In this document: piece after piece, positions 43,494-58,200 of the stretch
Layout: each line of letters starts with the position of its first letter
How positions within the stretch are numbered: the stretch's first letter is position 1
Translations under genes and position numbers: made by a program
Assembly: GCA_002633005.1 (NCBI GenBank)
Contig: NMRA01000008.1
Span: forward strand, 750,985 to 814,984
Origin: Phoronis australis
Lineage: Eukaryota > Animalia > Phoronida
Direction of reading: 5' to 3'
Length of the DNA stretch: 64,000 nucleotides
The notes under the pieces: generated by a model
What the model saw: the letters and a program-made list of their open reading frames with translations, nothing else
What the model was told of the DNA's origin: nothing
Databases searched by the model: none

Positions 43494-44450
43494 CAGTGGC
43501 GGATCTAGGATACCACAAGGGGGGCCCAACATTTTGTCCGGCTGTAAGCATTTGCGCAAACCACGATTGTAGATGCGCATAGCCCCGAATGGGGGGAGGT
43601 TGGGAGGGGGGCTCCACTCCCGCTCAGGAAATTTTTCTGTTTTTTCCTCTAAAAATCAAGCATTTTCCTAGATTCCTGAAGTATTATCCAAGAAAAAAAA
43701 TGGAGAACGTGTCAAACATGAAAAACTGCAATTATCAGAGACTCGAAATCACGACCCGGCGGATAGAGCGCGCGTGCTTCACCACTACACCACCACGACT
43801 AACTACTAATCCCATGATAAGAGGCCTTCTTGTTCATGGTCCACAGCGTTTGCGCGCGAAACCTACTTCTTTTTCTATTATACGTTTTATATTTTGTGCA
43901 ATCGGCTCTTAACAAATTTGCTGTGTTTAAAATAGTCTTCAAATGCCCAAAAGACCAAATCCGTTTTTCGTGTTGGCAATAATGACGGGATTGCTTTGGA
44001 AATCGTCTTTTAAGACTTAAAAGTTAAGGTTTGAGAAAGAGAGAATTATGAGTTTCTGAGTGATTCACTAAGGCTTCGATTAAAATTCACATCTTACCAG
44101 AAGCTTCTGTCTTTTCATCGTCACTCAGGTTCCATTTTCTTTAAAAATGAAGTAAATTTTCTTCATTGCACAGTGGAGCAGACGACGGAAACGGAGTGGT
44201 AGTGCGCAGCGCATCTGCCGGTCGCCTGGGATATCGCGGGAGAGCCTATACTTTGCCAAAGTTCCGTTACGAACACCGTGTTCCGAATTTAACAATTGAA
44301 ACTGCACACATTTAAATCTTGTTTCATCCGTATAATTTTAATTAACGGGGTTAATTAATAAACTCAACATTTCGCTACGCTCTTTTATTTTTTGTGGCAG
44401 CCAAGGGGGGGGGCGGGCCCCTGCCCCCCCCCCTCCTAAATCCGCCTATG
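43494..44450 (+). mobile_element. Non-autonomous DNA transposon with 5-bp TSD and an internal tRNA-like cassette
   Basis: Ends are cagtggcggatctagg...cctaaatccgcctatg with TSD CCTAG on both sides. An inverted copy is at 50113-51086. Confidence 0.85.
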
Positions 44451-46209
44451 CCTAGCTGCGACCCAAGTAACGAAGAAGGTGATTTAGTAAAAACTTCACC
44501 GGTTTATCACCGTCCTTTTGCCATCCACATTACTTAAAACGTTTGTGCTTCACTGAATTTACGCCGGCTACACTCAAACAAATCCCGTGCGTTGGTGTCT
44601 CGCGAAGCACGTCTGAACTTCATAAACGCCCGTGGGCTTCCGTCATCAAACACGGTACTTTCGAACTAGTGCCGGTCGGTCCTCGGGAATACATGACCCA
44701 GGGGAGGAACTGAGAGTTGCTTGCACTTCCCTCTGTTTCAACGCTCAAACAGGAGCAGTTCTTCATCCCCGGAGTATCTCTGGATTCCCGGCGTAACTCT
44801 GGAACTGAAATCAAGCGGAAAATACGCAGGTAATGATGCTCTCAATAAATGAAACGACAAAATAATACAAAATTTAGTTAAAAATCTTTAAAAAACTATA
44901 TTCAGCTGGAAGAGCCTCCGTAAATTAAGGAACCGAAGAGTGCCCTGCCAGAAACTAAATAAGAAAATATAAGGTTCTGAACTGCAATTCGGTGGCAGTA
45001 CACATTAAAAATAGATCAACAAGGTTCTTTTAAATAGTTGCCTACGAAACAGTTGGGACTGATTCACTCAAGGTCATTACTTTCAAAGCATAAATTTTAA
45101 AACAGATAATAACAGAAGGTTAATGAGAGAGTAAAAGATTTCTGTGAAACGCTATTTTCGGTGAGCCAGTTAGGACAGCCACCGAAAAAATTTGCTATTC
45201 TACTAGGGCAGATTAGTATTTCGCGGGTTGGAAGAGCAGCATTTTCAATATCCTAACTGAATCGCCGTACCATTGGGAAAATGCTAAAAAATTGGTAAGT
45301 CATTACGGATAGAATCTTTCGCAAATGATTTGAGTCAACGAAATGTATGTATGAAGATGTCGCTGTCTTTCATAATGTTGTTGACTAGACCCACGGGTAA
45401 TTAAACTAAACCTGTTATAATATGAAGGTTGAAATTTTGGAGCGTTTTCAGGGAAAAACAGATAAATACGGCAACATCATAAAATACTTTTTTTTAAGTA
45501 TTTCTGTAGCCTTATATAAAAGATGCGTATGAGCCATGATATATTGGATGGGAAAGTCCAAGCAACTTTCCAGTGCACAATTTCTATGTGGTTCACACCT
45601 TTCACAGTTATACATGGACTATGCCAAATTTAAAACGAGGTAAGACAAGGCTATTGTACAGAGTATTCACGGTTACCAAGGACGATTGCCTTTCATTTGG
45701 TGGACGATTTCATTGCACGTAGCTATTCACTTGATTAATTTCGTTTCAATTTGATGTGATCTAGATAACGTACGTTAGGTCGATTGATATATTATTTTAC
45801 GGTTCGTCTGCGTTTTTGTGAATGAGTTCTTGATTATTTGTGTGTTTTCTTTTATTTCATTTTAGTTAATGCAATGTTTGTGTTCATATTTTCTATTGTG
45901 CCAACACAATTGTTTCAATTATCACAATCAATAAAACTGCCAAGCTGTATTCGTTCTGAGTGAAACCTGTTTGAACGATTTCGCAGGACCGCCACAAGTA
46001 GTTTAGTAATATTACGCTCGTCGTCGATAAACTGTTCCGCCGCTTGTTGTGCTTCTACAGTCTACTCGTTCGATTTTATCCAGTCACCCGGAATTTCAAA
46101 CAGGACGCTTAAGAGAAAAGTATGAATAAAACGAAAGCCTTTATCGACGTCTCCTTCGCGTGAACTGATAGAACTTGAAAGGAAGGAAATCGCTTGTGAA
46201 AACTCCCTC

Positions 46210-49200
46210 ATGGTCTTGGATACTCACAATATGGCCTCTCTAGTCAGTTTCACGCTTTTCTTCTGTCTTAACATCCCAGGATTGGCGTCATCTTTCTCAG
46301 CGTAAGTGATTTTTTTTTTGTTTAAAATCTGTCAGTTTTTCAAGGCAGTGGATTTACCCTTCTCTTTGGCCGGCATGCGTATTTGTCAGTCAAAATGACG
46401 AGAGGGGTCTCGTAGGCTGATAGATTGTTTATTTTTCTTAAGTATTGCGCACTCCTCCATTTCTGGAGTACTCACAATGCAAATTATTCAACGACATTTT
46501 TGTGTCTGAATTAACTGGTATTTGACGGTAAACGTGGACCAAATGATCATGATATCACGGTGTTTTGAGAGTTTTATGTTACCGCAGATGGAACCGGAGT
46601 GTGGCTGAATACGCCGTGGTTGACCAACTGTTTGCAACTTACGACAAACGAATTCGACCTCAACCGGTTAACGGTAAGTTGAATAAACCCGTGCTTTTTG
46701 TCAAAAACAATTTTATTAACCTGGTCTGAAGAAATAAGGATATGGATCACCTCTAAATTGAACAAGTTTCTAAAGTTAGTGGCCTAAATGAAAACTTGTT
46801 GCATTAGGGTTGAATGAATGCCACTTTAGAAGTGTTACTTCTGTATACCGANATTGGCGTCATCTTTCTCAGCGTAAGTGATTTTTTTCTTGTTTAAAAT
46901 CTGTCAGTTTTTCAAGGCAGTGGATTTACCCTTCTCTTTGGCCGGCATGCGTATTTGTCAGTCAAAATGACGAGAGGGTCTCGTAGGCTGATAGATTGTT
47001 TATTTTTCTTAAGTATTGCGCACTCCTCCATTCCTGGAGTACTCACAGTGCAAATTATTCAACGACATTTTTGTGTCTGAATTAACTGGTATTTGACGGT
47101 AAACGTGGACCAAATGATCATGATATCACGGTGTTTTGAGAGTTTTATGTTACCGCAGATGGAACCGGAGTGTGGCTGAATACGCCGTTGTTGACCAACT
47201 GTTTGCAACTTACGACAAACGAATTCGACCTCAACCGGTTAACGGTAAGTTGAATAAACCCGTGCTTTTTGTCAAAAACAATTTTATTAACCTGGTCTGA
47301 AGAAATAAGGATATGGATCACCTCTAAATTGAACAAGTTTCTAAAGTTAGTGGCCTAAATGAAAACTTGTTGCATTAGGGTTGAATGAATGCCACTTTAG
47401 AAGTGTTACTTCTGTATACCGAGCATGGTTAGGGCTGGTGTGTCTACCTCATGAGATGCAACCGAAGGAGGCGCTTTTGAGTAACTTCTGTGCGTGAAGT
47501 AATTTTTAAACACTGTTTCCGGGGTCAAGTTCTTTTATATAAACATTTATGAAAGTTTCAATACTATTACACAAAGACAAATTATCCAAGACCTCAATCA
47601 ATGCATTTGGGTATAAAAAGAAATAATTAAGGGAGAATAAACATGTACCGGTACAATGGAACAAACAATCACATAGAAACTTAGCGAGGCTATAACAACG
47701 ATACTGTTATATAATAAAAAATTTAGTTTGTTATTATAAATAAATGTATTGTAATATCGTAATAATAATGTACAATATCGATTAGAAAAATGTTCAATTC
47801 GACTTTGAGTTGATGGGAGCCGGAAAGTTGAAATAAGTCACATTGATAATTGAGTGAATAAATAAATAATGGTCACAATAAATACAGGTCCGTAGCAGCA
47901 TTGCGCAGGGGGTGGTTCGAATTTCTCATGGTGGACCTTTGATACTTTGCAAACGTCGACACTGAGTTTTCATTAAGGCCCTCAGTTGACGCAGCTTAAT
48001 CAGGGGGAAGGAAATTTGTATACACAACGATGACTCTCAGTTCTATGTTTTTGAGATGAGACGGAATTAGTAATACCAGAGATGAGGATGCCGTGACGGC
48101 TCGCCGGTTCCCGGCGTGCCGCTAGGTGGTAGCCAGCACGCAGGTAGCAGGCAGTAGCACGCACTTTATCACTGGTTGATGTAATCTCGACAGTCATTGG
48201 TTAGCTTTACAACAAATTGAGAAAATGTCGGACTATGGACGATTTTTAGCCTTGTCCATGCAAGTGGCATGGCAGCAACTGTTTTGTTTCAGCAGTGGGC
48301 CTAATAGCCGCGTGCTCAGAAGCACATATATATATACAAGTACAATAAACAGGCAGTCATCTGGTCGATTTAATTAGTGTGCTATTCATTCTGTATAAAT
48401 ACAGGACAGTAGGCCTAATGAAAACAAAAGCCTGCGACATTAGGAACATGTAATCCGAAAGGCGCAACCACAATTTTCTGGGATTCATATTTCTTGAACA
48501 TGAATTTTAAGCACCCGATTTGTCTGTACAACAGACTACATCTACACTTCCTCCAACAGTCATGTCAATTTGTTTGGGTAAAGTGCTGCTTGCTGGGAAA
48601 TCGACCAGCCAATCAGAAACGCCGGTGTAAAAAAATCCCCGAGGAAAATTAAATGATCATACCAGGCTTGCTGGCTACCACCCAGCGTCACGCAGGGAAC
48701 AGTGACGGTTGCTCGCAAAACAATGGGACTCTCATTTCGGATGTAATGTAGTCCAAAACTTTTTCCTCGTTACTTCTTGCCAAATTTTCAAATCAGGCAT
48801 GCTTAAATGAGTGATTACACCTTCTCGGTCAGAAATATTTAGTCGGAGATTAACTTAACGAAACTTTTTATCTAGTTATATTTTTCGTGTTAACGGTATT
48901 GCGTTTTAAACAATTTGGAGTGAGAATAACCCCTCGAACCCCCATGGCTACCGGCCTGATAATATTGTGTTATTAATTTTGACTAGTAGAGTTCTAAGGT
49001 GAATGCGTTGAGTTTTTGTGATTTTATTCGCGCCGTTGTTCGCCAGATTCACTGCGTGTTTATTTCGGGATTTGGCTCAGCAGTAGACCGTTCGGCTGCT
49101 AGTAACTTCGATTTCGCGCTAGTGCTGGTTTCAATAAAATTTCTTTTCTCACCGATAATCTCCATTTAAATAGGGCATTCCAAAAACAAAATGATTTAGT

Positions 49201-52200
49201 TTAATAACGTACATTCTTTTCATTTCTTGCAAATTATGCCGACATTTTCAAACATCTGTACAGACTTGTCAATAAGGTGCTATAATCATAGGCGGATTTA
49301 GGGGGGGNGGGATTCATATTTCTTGAACATGAATTTTAAGCACCCGATTTGTCTGTACAACAGACTACATCTACACTTCCTCCAACAGTCATGTCAATTT
49401 GTTTGGGTAAAGTGCTGCTTGCTGGGAAATCGACCAGCCAATCAGAAACGCCGGTGTAAAAAAATTCCCGAGGAAAATTAAATGATCATACCAGGCTTGC
49501 TGGCTACCACCCAGCGTCACGCAGGGAACCGTGACGGTTGCTCGCAAAACAATGGGACTCATTTCGGATGTAATGTAGTCAAAAACTTTTTCCTCGTTAC
49601 TTCTTGCCAAATTTTCAAATCAGGCATGCTTAAATGAGTGATTACACCTTCTCGGTCAGAAATATTTAGTCGGAGATTAATTAACGAAACTTTTTATCTA
49701 CTTATATTTTTCGTGTTAACGGTATTGCGTTTTAAACAATTTGGAGTGAGAATAACCCCTCGAACCCCCATGGCTACCGGCCTGATAATATTGTTTTATT
49801 AATTTTGACTAGTAGAGTTCTAAGGTGAATGCGTTGAGTTTTTGTGATTTTATACGCGCCGTTGTTCGCCAGATTCACTGCGTGGTTATTTCGGGATTTG
49901 GCTCAGCAGTAGACCGTTCGGCTGCTAGTAACTTCGATTTCGCGCTAGTGCTGGTTTGAATAAAATTTCTTTTCTCACCGATAATCTCCATTTAAATAGG
50001 GCATTCCAAAAACAAAATGATTTAGCTTAATAACGTACATTCTTTTCATTTCTTGCAAATTATGCCGACATTTTCAAACATCTGTACAGACTTGTCAATA
50101 AGGTGCTATAATCATAGGCGGATTTAGGGGGGGAGGGCAGGGGGCCCGCCCTCCCTTGGCTGCCGCAAAAAAAATAAAACAGCAAGAGCGTAGGAAATGT
50201 TGAGTTTATTAATTAACCCCCGTAATTAAAATTATACGGATGAAACAAGATTTAAATGTGTGCAGTTTTAGTGTTGGGGGGGGCTCAGATCCAATTCCGA
50301 GTGTCAAATTCGGAACACGGCGCATTCGTAACGGAACTATGGCTAAGTACATGTATAAGCTCTCCCGCGATATCCCAGGCGACCGGCAATGGCGCTGCGC
50401 ACTATGACTCTGTTTCCGTCGTCAGCTCCACTGTGCAATAAGGAAAACTTACTTCATTTTTTAAAGAAAATGGAGCCTGAGTGACGATGAAAAAACAGAA
50501 ACTGCAGGTAAGATGTGAATTTTAATCGAAGCCCTGGTGAATCACTCAGAAACTCATAATTCTCTCTTTGTCAAACCGACGATTTCCAAAGCAATCCCGT
50601 CATTATTGCCAACACGAAAAACGGATTTGGTTTTTTGGGCATTTGAAGACTATTTTAAATACAACAAATTTGTTAAGAACCGATTGCACAAAATATAAAA
50701 CGTGTAACAAGCATTAAAAAACGAAGTAGGTTTCGCGTGCAAACGCTGTGGATCATAAACAAGTAGGTCTCTTAGCACAAGATTAGTAGTTAAATCCTGG
50801 TGGTGTAGTGGTAAAGCGCGCGCTTTATCCGCCAGGTTGTGAGTTCGAGTCTGTAGTACGTGCAATTTTTCCAGTTTGACACGTTCTCCGTGGTATTTTT
50901 TGTTTTTTTTTTCTTGGATAATACTTCAGGAATCAAGGAAAATGTATGTTTTTTAGAGGAAAAAACAAAAAAATTTCCCGACCTCCTCCCAATCGGTGCT
51001 ATACGCATCTACAGTCGTGGTTTGCGCAAATGCTTACAGCCGGACAAAATGTTGGGCCCCCTTATGATATCCTAGATCAGCTACTGATAATACTGTAAAC
51101 TTACGCTTTGGTACGAAGTAAGTTTTGATTGTATACACGCACTAGTCTTCTTTTAGTATGTTGTTGTTCTAACTATATAATACATGATTCAACTATTAGT
51201 TTTTTCAGTACATTTGTGTCTTATTTCATGTGCATGTGCCCTGTACATTTATGTCTCTTTAATGAAATGCGTACCACTGTTAGAGCTGTTATTATGCTTT
51301 CATGACTTAAAGATTATGTGAAATCACACGGTCATTATTCTTTTTTCTAAAAAATTCATTTACCCAGAAATTATGGTATGTAGATACGACGGGAGGTATG
51401 TGAACAAAATTATGTCGCGAACTGAAAATATAATAACAACTACAAATCAGATACAAATTATGAAAGAAACTCGTGTACATCCGGAAAAATTTTGAATGAG
51501 AGCACTGAGGCGCTTTAGTTCCACACGATCCCACTAGTGTTAAGTCTACTCAAGCGTGACGGGCGTAGAACTGAATGTCGGATTTACGATTTCGTAGAGG
51601 ACGTTTATTCGCAAAATCGTAAAAGGTGTGCGTCTTAGTTTTAAAATCACCTGAGTGTTCCTCGTCACAAAACGAAACTTTTAAGTGCTTATTTGCTACA
51701 GAGGCCATTCATAAAGGAGAGATAACGCACTAACATAAAACCCTCTATCCTCCCAATCATATATTCGCCACTGATTTTATTAGAGATTATCAAAGATCAT
51801 GATGTCCAGTAAACACAAAGTAGTGATATTGACGAATATTGAATCCAGTCTGCCGTCCACCCACAGACTTACCCTAGAACAAGTTACTCCTGGAATGAAT
51901 TGTCTCCAGGTTTGAGTGCTGTCTGGAAATTATTTAAACTAGCACAACCTACCCCACCGACAACTCACTCCACCATATCGAGGTGGGGTAATGTGTTGTG
52001 TCGATTAATTAATGCAATATATCTCCACACAGGTTCTGGTCCCGTTATTGTTGAAGTAGACATGTTTATAAACTCTTTGTCGGACGTCAACGAAATAGAA
52101 ATGGTAAGTTGCATCACTTTTAAAACTAGCTTTGAACCGCACTATAGATGATATCATCGACATGTCCTGTAGGGTCGTCACTGTAGTCATAGTGAACCAC

Positions 52201-55200
52201 GACATTCCCAAGAACTCATTCTATCTCAAAACCGTTGAAAACCCTAGGAAATTAAAAGAGTCTACGATTGACACAAGTGGCGGATTTTAAGAGGGGGAGA
52301 GGGGCCATGCCCCCGGCCGCCCCCTAAAATTCTTCCATATCCCATTTGGCACTTTGGGGAATGCGAATGTCTGACGGTCGGCAAAATCCTGGCTAATACT
52401 CTGCCCTGGCCCCCCGATCAAAATCCTGGATCCGCACCTGGACATTAACAATTCAAAGAGGCAACAATTAAATCTTGCCAGGCGATGTCACTAGCCCATT
52501 TGATTGTGCCACTTCATATCAACTATCAAATGATCTGTCAATACCGGCTTTTGGTCGTTAGTTGTATAAGTAGCGAGAAAAAAAAGTGAAACCTGCCTTT
52601 CAATGAATCGGCAGCTGGACAAATTTCCATTTTTAGGCCGTAGAAGTAGGCCCACAGAAAAAAACATACCCCAAACTCTGACTTCCGACAAATTAAAATT
52701 GAAATAAAAACACCAGCATACAGAAAGGTCAATGTTGCGTGACTGTGACCACAACGCGTCACGAAGTGGCGCTGGGGTGAAGAGTCTTCGGCGGCAATTG
52801 AGTCTCGCTGGTTCCCTGCGTGCGGGGAGGTAGCCGCGGCTGGGGCTAAGCCCGCAGGGAACCAGCGAGCAATTGACTATGCCACAGCTGGACACTTCCG
52901 TAACTCTGACGACATTATACCCTGGAAGCGGAATCGTTCGACAGGATTAATCTATAATTCATCTGTCGACAACGAGCGATTTTAAAGATAATTTCAGACG
53001 ATTTCCTCGCTAGATTGGGATTTTAATATACTCCGTTTCCTTGGCTTCAATTAACAGTGATCATGTTCGTCACTTGTCCGACCCTCGGGTGTCATCAAAA
53101 TATTTACACCTACTTACATTTCAATGTTTACAGGAATATTCCATGGACATATATTTGAGGTTGAGATGGACCGACGAAAGGTTGGATGTTTCCAAACATA
53201 ACATTACTAAAATGACGTTAACACCGGAAACAATTGCAAAACTGTGGAAACCTGATTTGTACATATCAAATTCTGTTGACGGAAAACGCCATGATATCGT
53301 CACATTAAACGAAGTCGTTTGGTTGGAGCGTGGTGGTGATATAATCTACAGTCAGCGGTAATTACGTAGACTATGGTTATGTTATTTTCTTCGTTTCTTC
53401 CCGTTTCAGTATTCATGGGTGATGCGAGAAGCGACTCGTGAAATGAAACGCCGAGGCATACACTGACTATAATCTTTGATCATTGTTTGAAAAGAGAAAT
53501 TTAATTTATGAATCATTTGTGATCACACAAATGAAATAGGAAATGTGTTAAGCTTACAAAGTAAAATCTACCATGGTGGTGATGAGTGGTTGCCAAATCT
53601 GTAAATCGCCAACAAAAGCTAAACAAGCTAGTATTGGACAAAAGTTTTAGTGCTGGAATTTTATTTTGTTTTTAAAGCGATTTGAAAACGATTGTATTGG
53701 TTTCGAATGTCTTCAGAGTTTGGTTCTCGATAAAGAAAATCAGGACTGAATAATAAAATTGACCGCCAAATATTTAATACCGTCACGTGACATGGCTATC
53801 GGTTCAATTGGTCAAATAAAAAATAAGCAACCTAGCCCAGATAAAAGTGTTTGCTAGTTAATAACTGCTTCAAATTACACAGTCTTAGACAGCCGGTATT
53901 TTTTTTTTGTTAATGACGGTCCATGTGTTTCAAAATTTTAGCATTTTCTACATTGTTGTCTTTTCAGGTTGTCTCTCACGCTGTCCTGCCCAATGCAGTT
54001 TCAGTTGTTTCCTGGCGATAACCAGACCTGCTCCTTCTTTGCCGAAAGCTGTAAGAGGCCGCATGATTTGTGGGGGATTGGTGGGGTGGTCTGATCCTTC
54101 CTGAACCCGGCATATTGCATATTGCAGTTTGCGTGGCTAACGTCAAAACAGCCGGTGCTACGCCCTCATTCTGTGAAATTTAGCAAACACTTTTACAATA
54201 CATGTAACTTATAACTTACAAAGGTTGTGCACCACTCATTAAAACGCGACACATGGTCTGTTGTGAATCGGAAGACAGAATTTTGAGATATGAAATTAAA
54301 AGCTGTTCCGTTCTAATTAAAATTATAGAATCATTATAAAGTTGCCTGTATGTATAAAAACCTTTTAAAAAACTTGGAATCAATGTTTAGCTGTCATGGT
54401 TTTATTTTATCTAACTCTATAGTGTTGCATTCCTGGCCATTTTAAAGTGTATTTTTGTTCCTCATTCGAACATTGTCACTTGCCGTTACAAATTGTCTCT
54501 CCTGGTGTCAAACAGGATGGGACGTGACGTGAATGTTGCAAATCGCGTGCTACATCGGCCAGAGTCTCCCATCATTTGAATAAGACCTCAACAACAGTCG
54601 GGTTTACACTTTCGCACACATCGTCGGATCTACACCAAACGTTAAATACAGAATGCCCACGGTTCGAAAGATGACTGTGGTGTGCAGCGTTATATTCAAA
54701 TAAAACAAAATAACAAAAATAGTGACATGTGAACACGAGCTCCCAACTTTCGTTGAGAGGATTAATTTGATATCCAAAATGTCTGCACCATAAAAGTGCA
54801 TGGTAATAGTTCTTGTTCGCCGTAGATTATTTTTTAACAGAGATGCTAGTCTAAGCAGAATATGAAACGGCTTTATTTTGTAGATGGGTATAAGACAGAC
54901 GACTTAGTATTCCAGTGGCACAAATACAAGAGCAGTGGTCAATCTGCGCTAGAATTTGTGGACATATCTCTTCCAGAATTCGACGTGGACCTCAAGACGG
55001 CACAGCTAGAGGACTGTACCAAGACTTTTTCAACCGGTATAGATTACATTCAATGTCTAAACTAAGGGAATTTAGTCATACTGAATTCTCCATTAGTGAT
55101 ACTAAATTCTTCATCAGTAATTGTACATTCTTTTACATCTAAGCACGTATTAGCTCACTTGTCGCCATCTTGTGGCCTGACTTCAGTGTGAGATTTTACC

Positions 55201-58200
55201 GTATTCCGGTTAGAATGACGTTGCTTTGCTCTAGCTGCCACCTGAGTTAGGGTTTCTGGAAAAAGAGTTTTCACAAAACGCCAACATAGTACTCCTAGCT
55301 CAACTTGGATTCGTTAGATAATTAAGATTTTCGAAGAATACCCCCACCAACATAATCAAATCGGAAAGAAGGACCGAAAAAGCGCTTTCGGAGCTCTTTT
55401 GGAATTCTTTTGGATTTCTGACAGATTTACAAGGTATGGAAAATGAAGCAAAATGTTCTCAAATTAAGTCCTTAAAAGGATCTTTAACATATTTCAAATT
55501 TATCGATGACAAGTCCGTCAACGGAGGCGCCACCGGCCTACTTCTGCAGTATAGTCTACCGATAAAATGAAACACGTCTCGTATTTCAAGTCAACTGAAG
55601 TCAAAATCTAAGAAAAAGAAATAAATCACCTCATCCGATTCCATCATTACTGTGTTGAATTTTTTAATCTTAAGTACAGTTACTTCTATCTCCCTCTTAC
55701 AGCACCTTTAAAGCCCACAGATAAATGAGGTTGTTGTCGCGGTCTCCACCACTTCGAAAGAGACCCCTTGCATAAGCTTGGTTTCTTCCCGTCACGGTTC
55801 TTGCGCCTACGTTATGTATACAAGGGGAACTGAACCCACTCAGCGTACGAAAAGGACGGACCCGAATAAAAATTTCCTCTGGCCTGGATATGTGCGTTGT
55901 TAAAGTGACCTCGTTTTAGAAATGTCAGGCTGATTCCAGGAGTCAGTGTCGGAATTTACCTCATCCTCAAACTTTTCTCAGGTTTATCTATGTTTCTGCC
56001 GCTACATTTACAGCCCACAGCACAGCAGTAATGTTTCGCCGGCATTGGAATGTCGGTTACATTTACTGAACTCGAGAAAAAATGAAAAAAACAAGGCACC
56101 AACTGAACAAATAAGATGAGAATCTCTACTGACGCCAAAATGAGGCCAGAGGATTGTTTGACGGATGTTGGCAGCAATGTGGGCAAATACCGTGAGATTT
56201 GAGTGCAATTCGGTATGAGGCAAAATGAATCCGATTGTCAATCATTCCCTTGAACCAATCAATGAATATCATTTGATCCTTAATTGGCATGTATCTGGTC
56301 GCATTTAAAAATGAAACGAAAGTTCCACTCCAAAACTATGACATTAGTGGACCAAAACAGCATTGAATAATAACATGTCTGACCTATTTCACAAAACGTC
56401 TACTTGCCGGGCTAGTTCTTTGATGTCACTGATACAGACTGACACGAATCATAACTTTTCAGAATGATCATTTACACACCGGTAAAGTTTCCTAACATAG
56501 GCATTTATAAGCCCACAAACGAGGATCTTATCCAGAAATTCCCAGTAACTCAGTCGTGAAGACGACATCTGGATGAACTACAGTCGGTCGTCCTAGTTTC
56601 AAGTTTCTGTCCACCAAAGTCATCTCGTTTGCAAATAATTGCAAGTGAGTTGGAGGTCAAACTTGAAGGATGAAGGTACATGTACTGAGGCCCCATGGAC
56701 TGGAAGAAGATATGCGAAAGGGTATTTGTCATACTTGATTTCTTATTGTAGGTAAATTCACGTGCATTGGCGTCAGATTCTTCTTGAAGCGCAACATTGG
56801 ATTCTACGTGACCCAAGTGTTTATACCATCCATGTTGACCGTTCTTCTCTCCTGGCTCTCGTTCTTTGTCGACGTCAAGGCGGCCCCAGCCAGAGTTTCC
56901 ATTGGTCTTCTCACAGTGCTAACGATCACCACTCAAACGTCTGGTATCCGGTCACAGCTGCCAAGAGTGGCGTACACCAAAGTAAAACATTTAAGAGTTT
57001 TGAACGCGTTACTGCTCATCTTTGCTTATATCTTAGTCTTTTATTTTCATCAACTTAAGGTTACTGTGTGGTCAAATTTTGAATGATTTAAATCCGCGTC
57101 GTCGGTACATTTATCATTGTCTAAGACCAAAGCTTGCATTACTATAGTACCATATCCCAGTCTCATTGCGAGGAAGGGCATAGATCTATCTAGAACTTAA
57201 TTCCATGAATTCTATTTGGGATGGCGCTGCACATTTTGCCACTCCATATACACGTACACGCAGCCTGCGTTTTAGGTGGATAGGATGGTGCAGCGCTGAA
57301 GACCAGGTGTCCATTTGTTTGTGTAGCCTACCTGAAAACGATATTGGTGATACCGTGCCTTGGTTCTAACTAGGTGTGGCAAAAATATAAACTTCCAACT
57401 TGTGAACGAACTCCATTCTCTCCGTTTTTACAGCGTGTTAACAGTACCTATTATCCAACAAATGGCGTTTTTCAAAGATGGCGACTTTTAAGAATGTTTG
57501 GGGATCTTTAGTCAGAACTATAGGTGTAGCACTCTAATTACGATCAGCATGAAATATGCACTTGTTGCTGGGCTTAGCTAGGTCTCGGTGGCCACTATGT
57601 CCTCTCTTCTGATGATGGTGTTTAATAATCGACACCGAAACATGTCAATCTGTTTTAAATCCGTTGTTGTTTTTATTAACATTCAATTAAACGGATGGAA
57701 CATGCAGCACCTCGTTTACGAACAAAAATTTGTTTTTCCAGGCAATCGACATATGGATGTCTGTATGTTTAGCGTTTGTCGTTCTTGCGTTCTTCGAGTA
57801 CGCTCTTGCAGCCAGTTACTCCGCAAAAGAGAACACAAAGAAGACGACTAAGCAGGAAAATGAATACAAGGAAAATCCAGCGTTCGAGGTGAGTGCTCGG
57901 TTATGGCCTGGCAACGATTTGCATTTCCAGGGTTTTGACCAGCAGGAGGTCTAAATTATGCCGGTTAAAGACCTAGACAGTGAACATAGTCGACTAGTTA
58001 ACGTTCAGCAGACTAAATAATCTGTTGCCATGACAGCAGTTCACGTGCATCTGATAAGACTAAAGCAATGCACAGGGCCACGCTGCCTCAACAGCTCAAT
58101 TAAAACAACTTCTGGGTTCAGTGGGTCAGCCTCTGTGGCTCAAATTATCAGATTTTGCTTGTAGCTACATTTGGATCTGTATTAAATGTACACAGTAGTG

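Noticed and set aside
46280-47422. Tandem duplicate of channel exon 2 (46588-46673 and 47159-47244) as mutually exclusive exons
   Set aside because: The two ~570-bp blocks are almost identical, introns included, and abut a single n at 46852. This fits unmerged haplotype contig overlap.
48480-50133. ~830-bp tandem duplication
   Set aside because: Near-identical copies joined at a single n (49308), where the first copy breaks at a poly-G run; assembly artefact.
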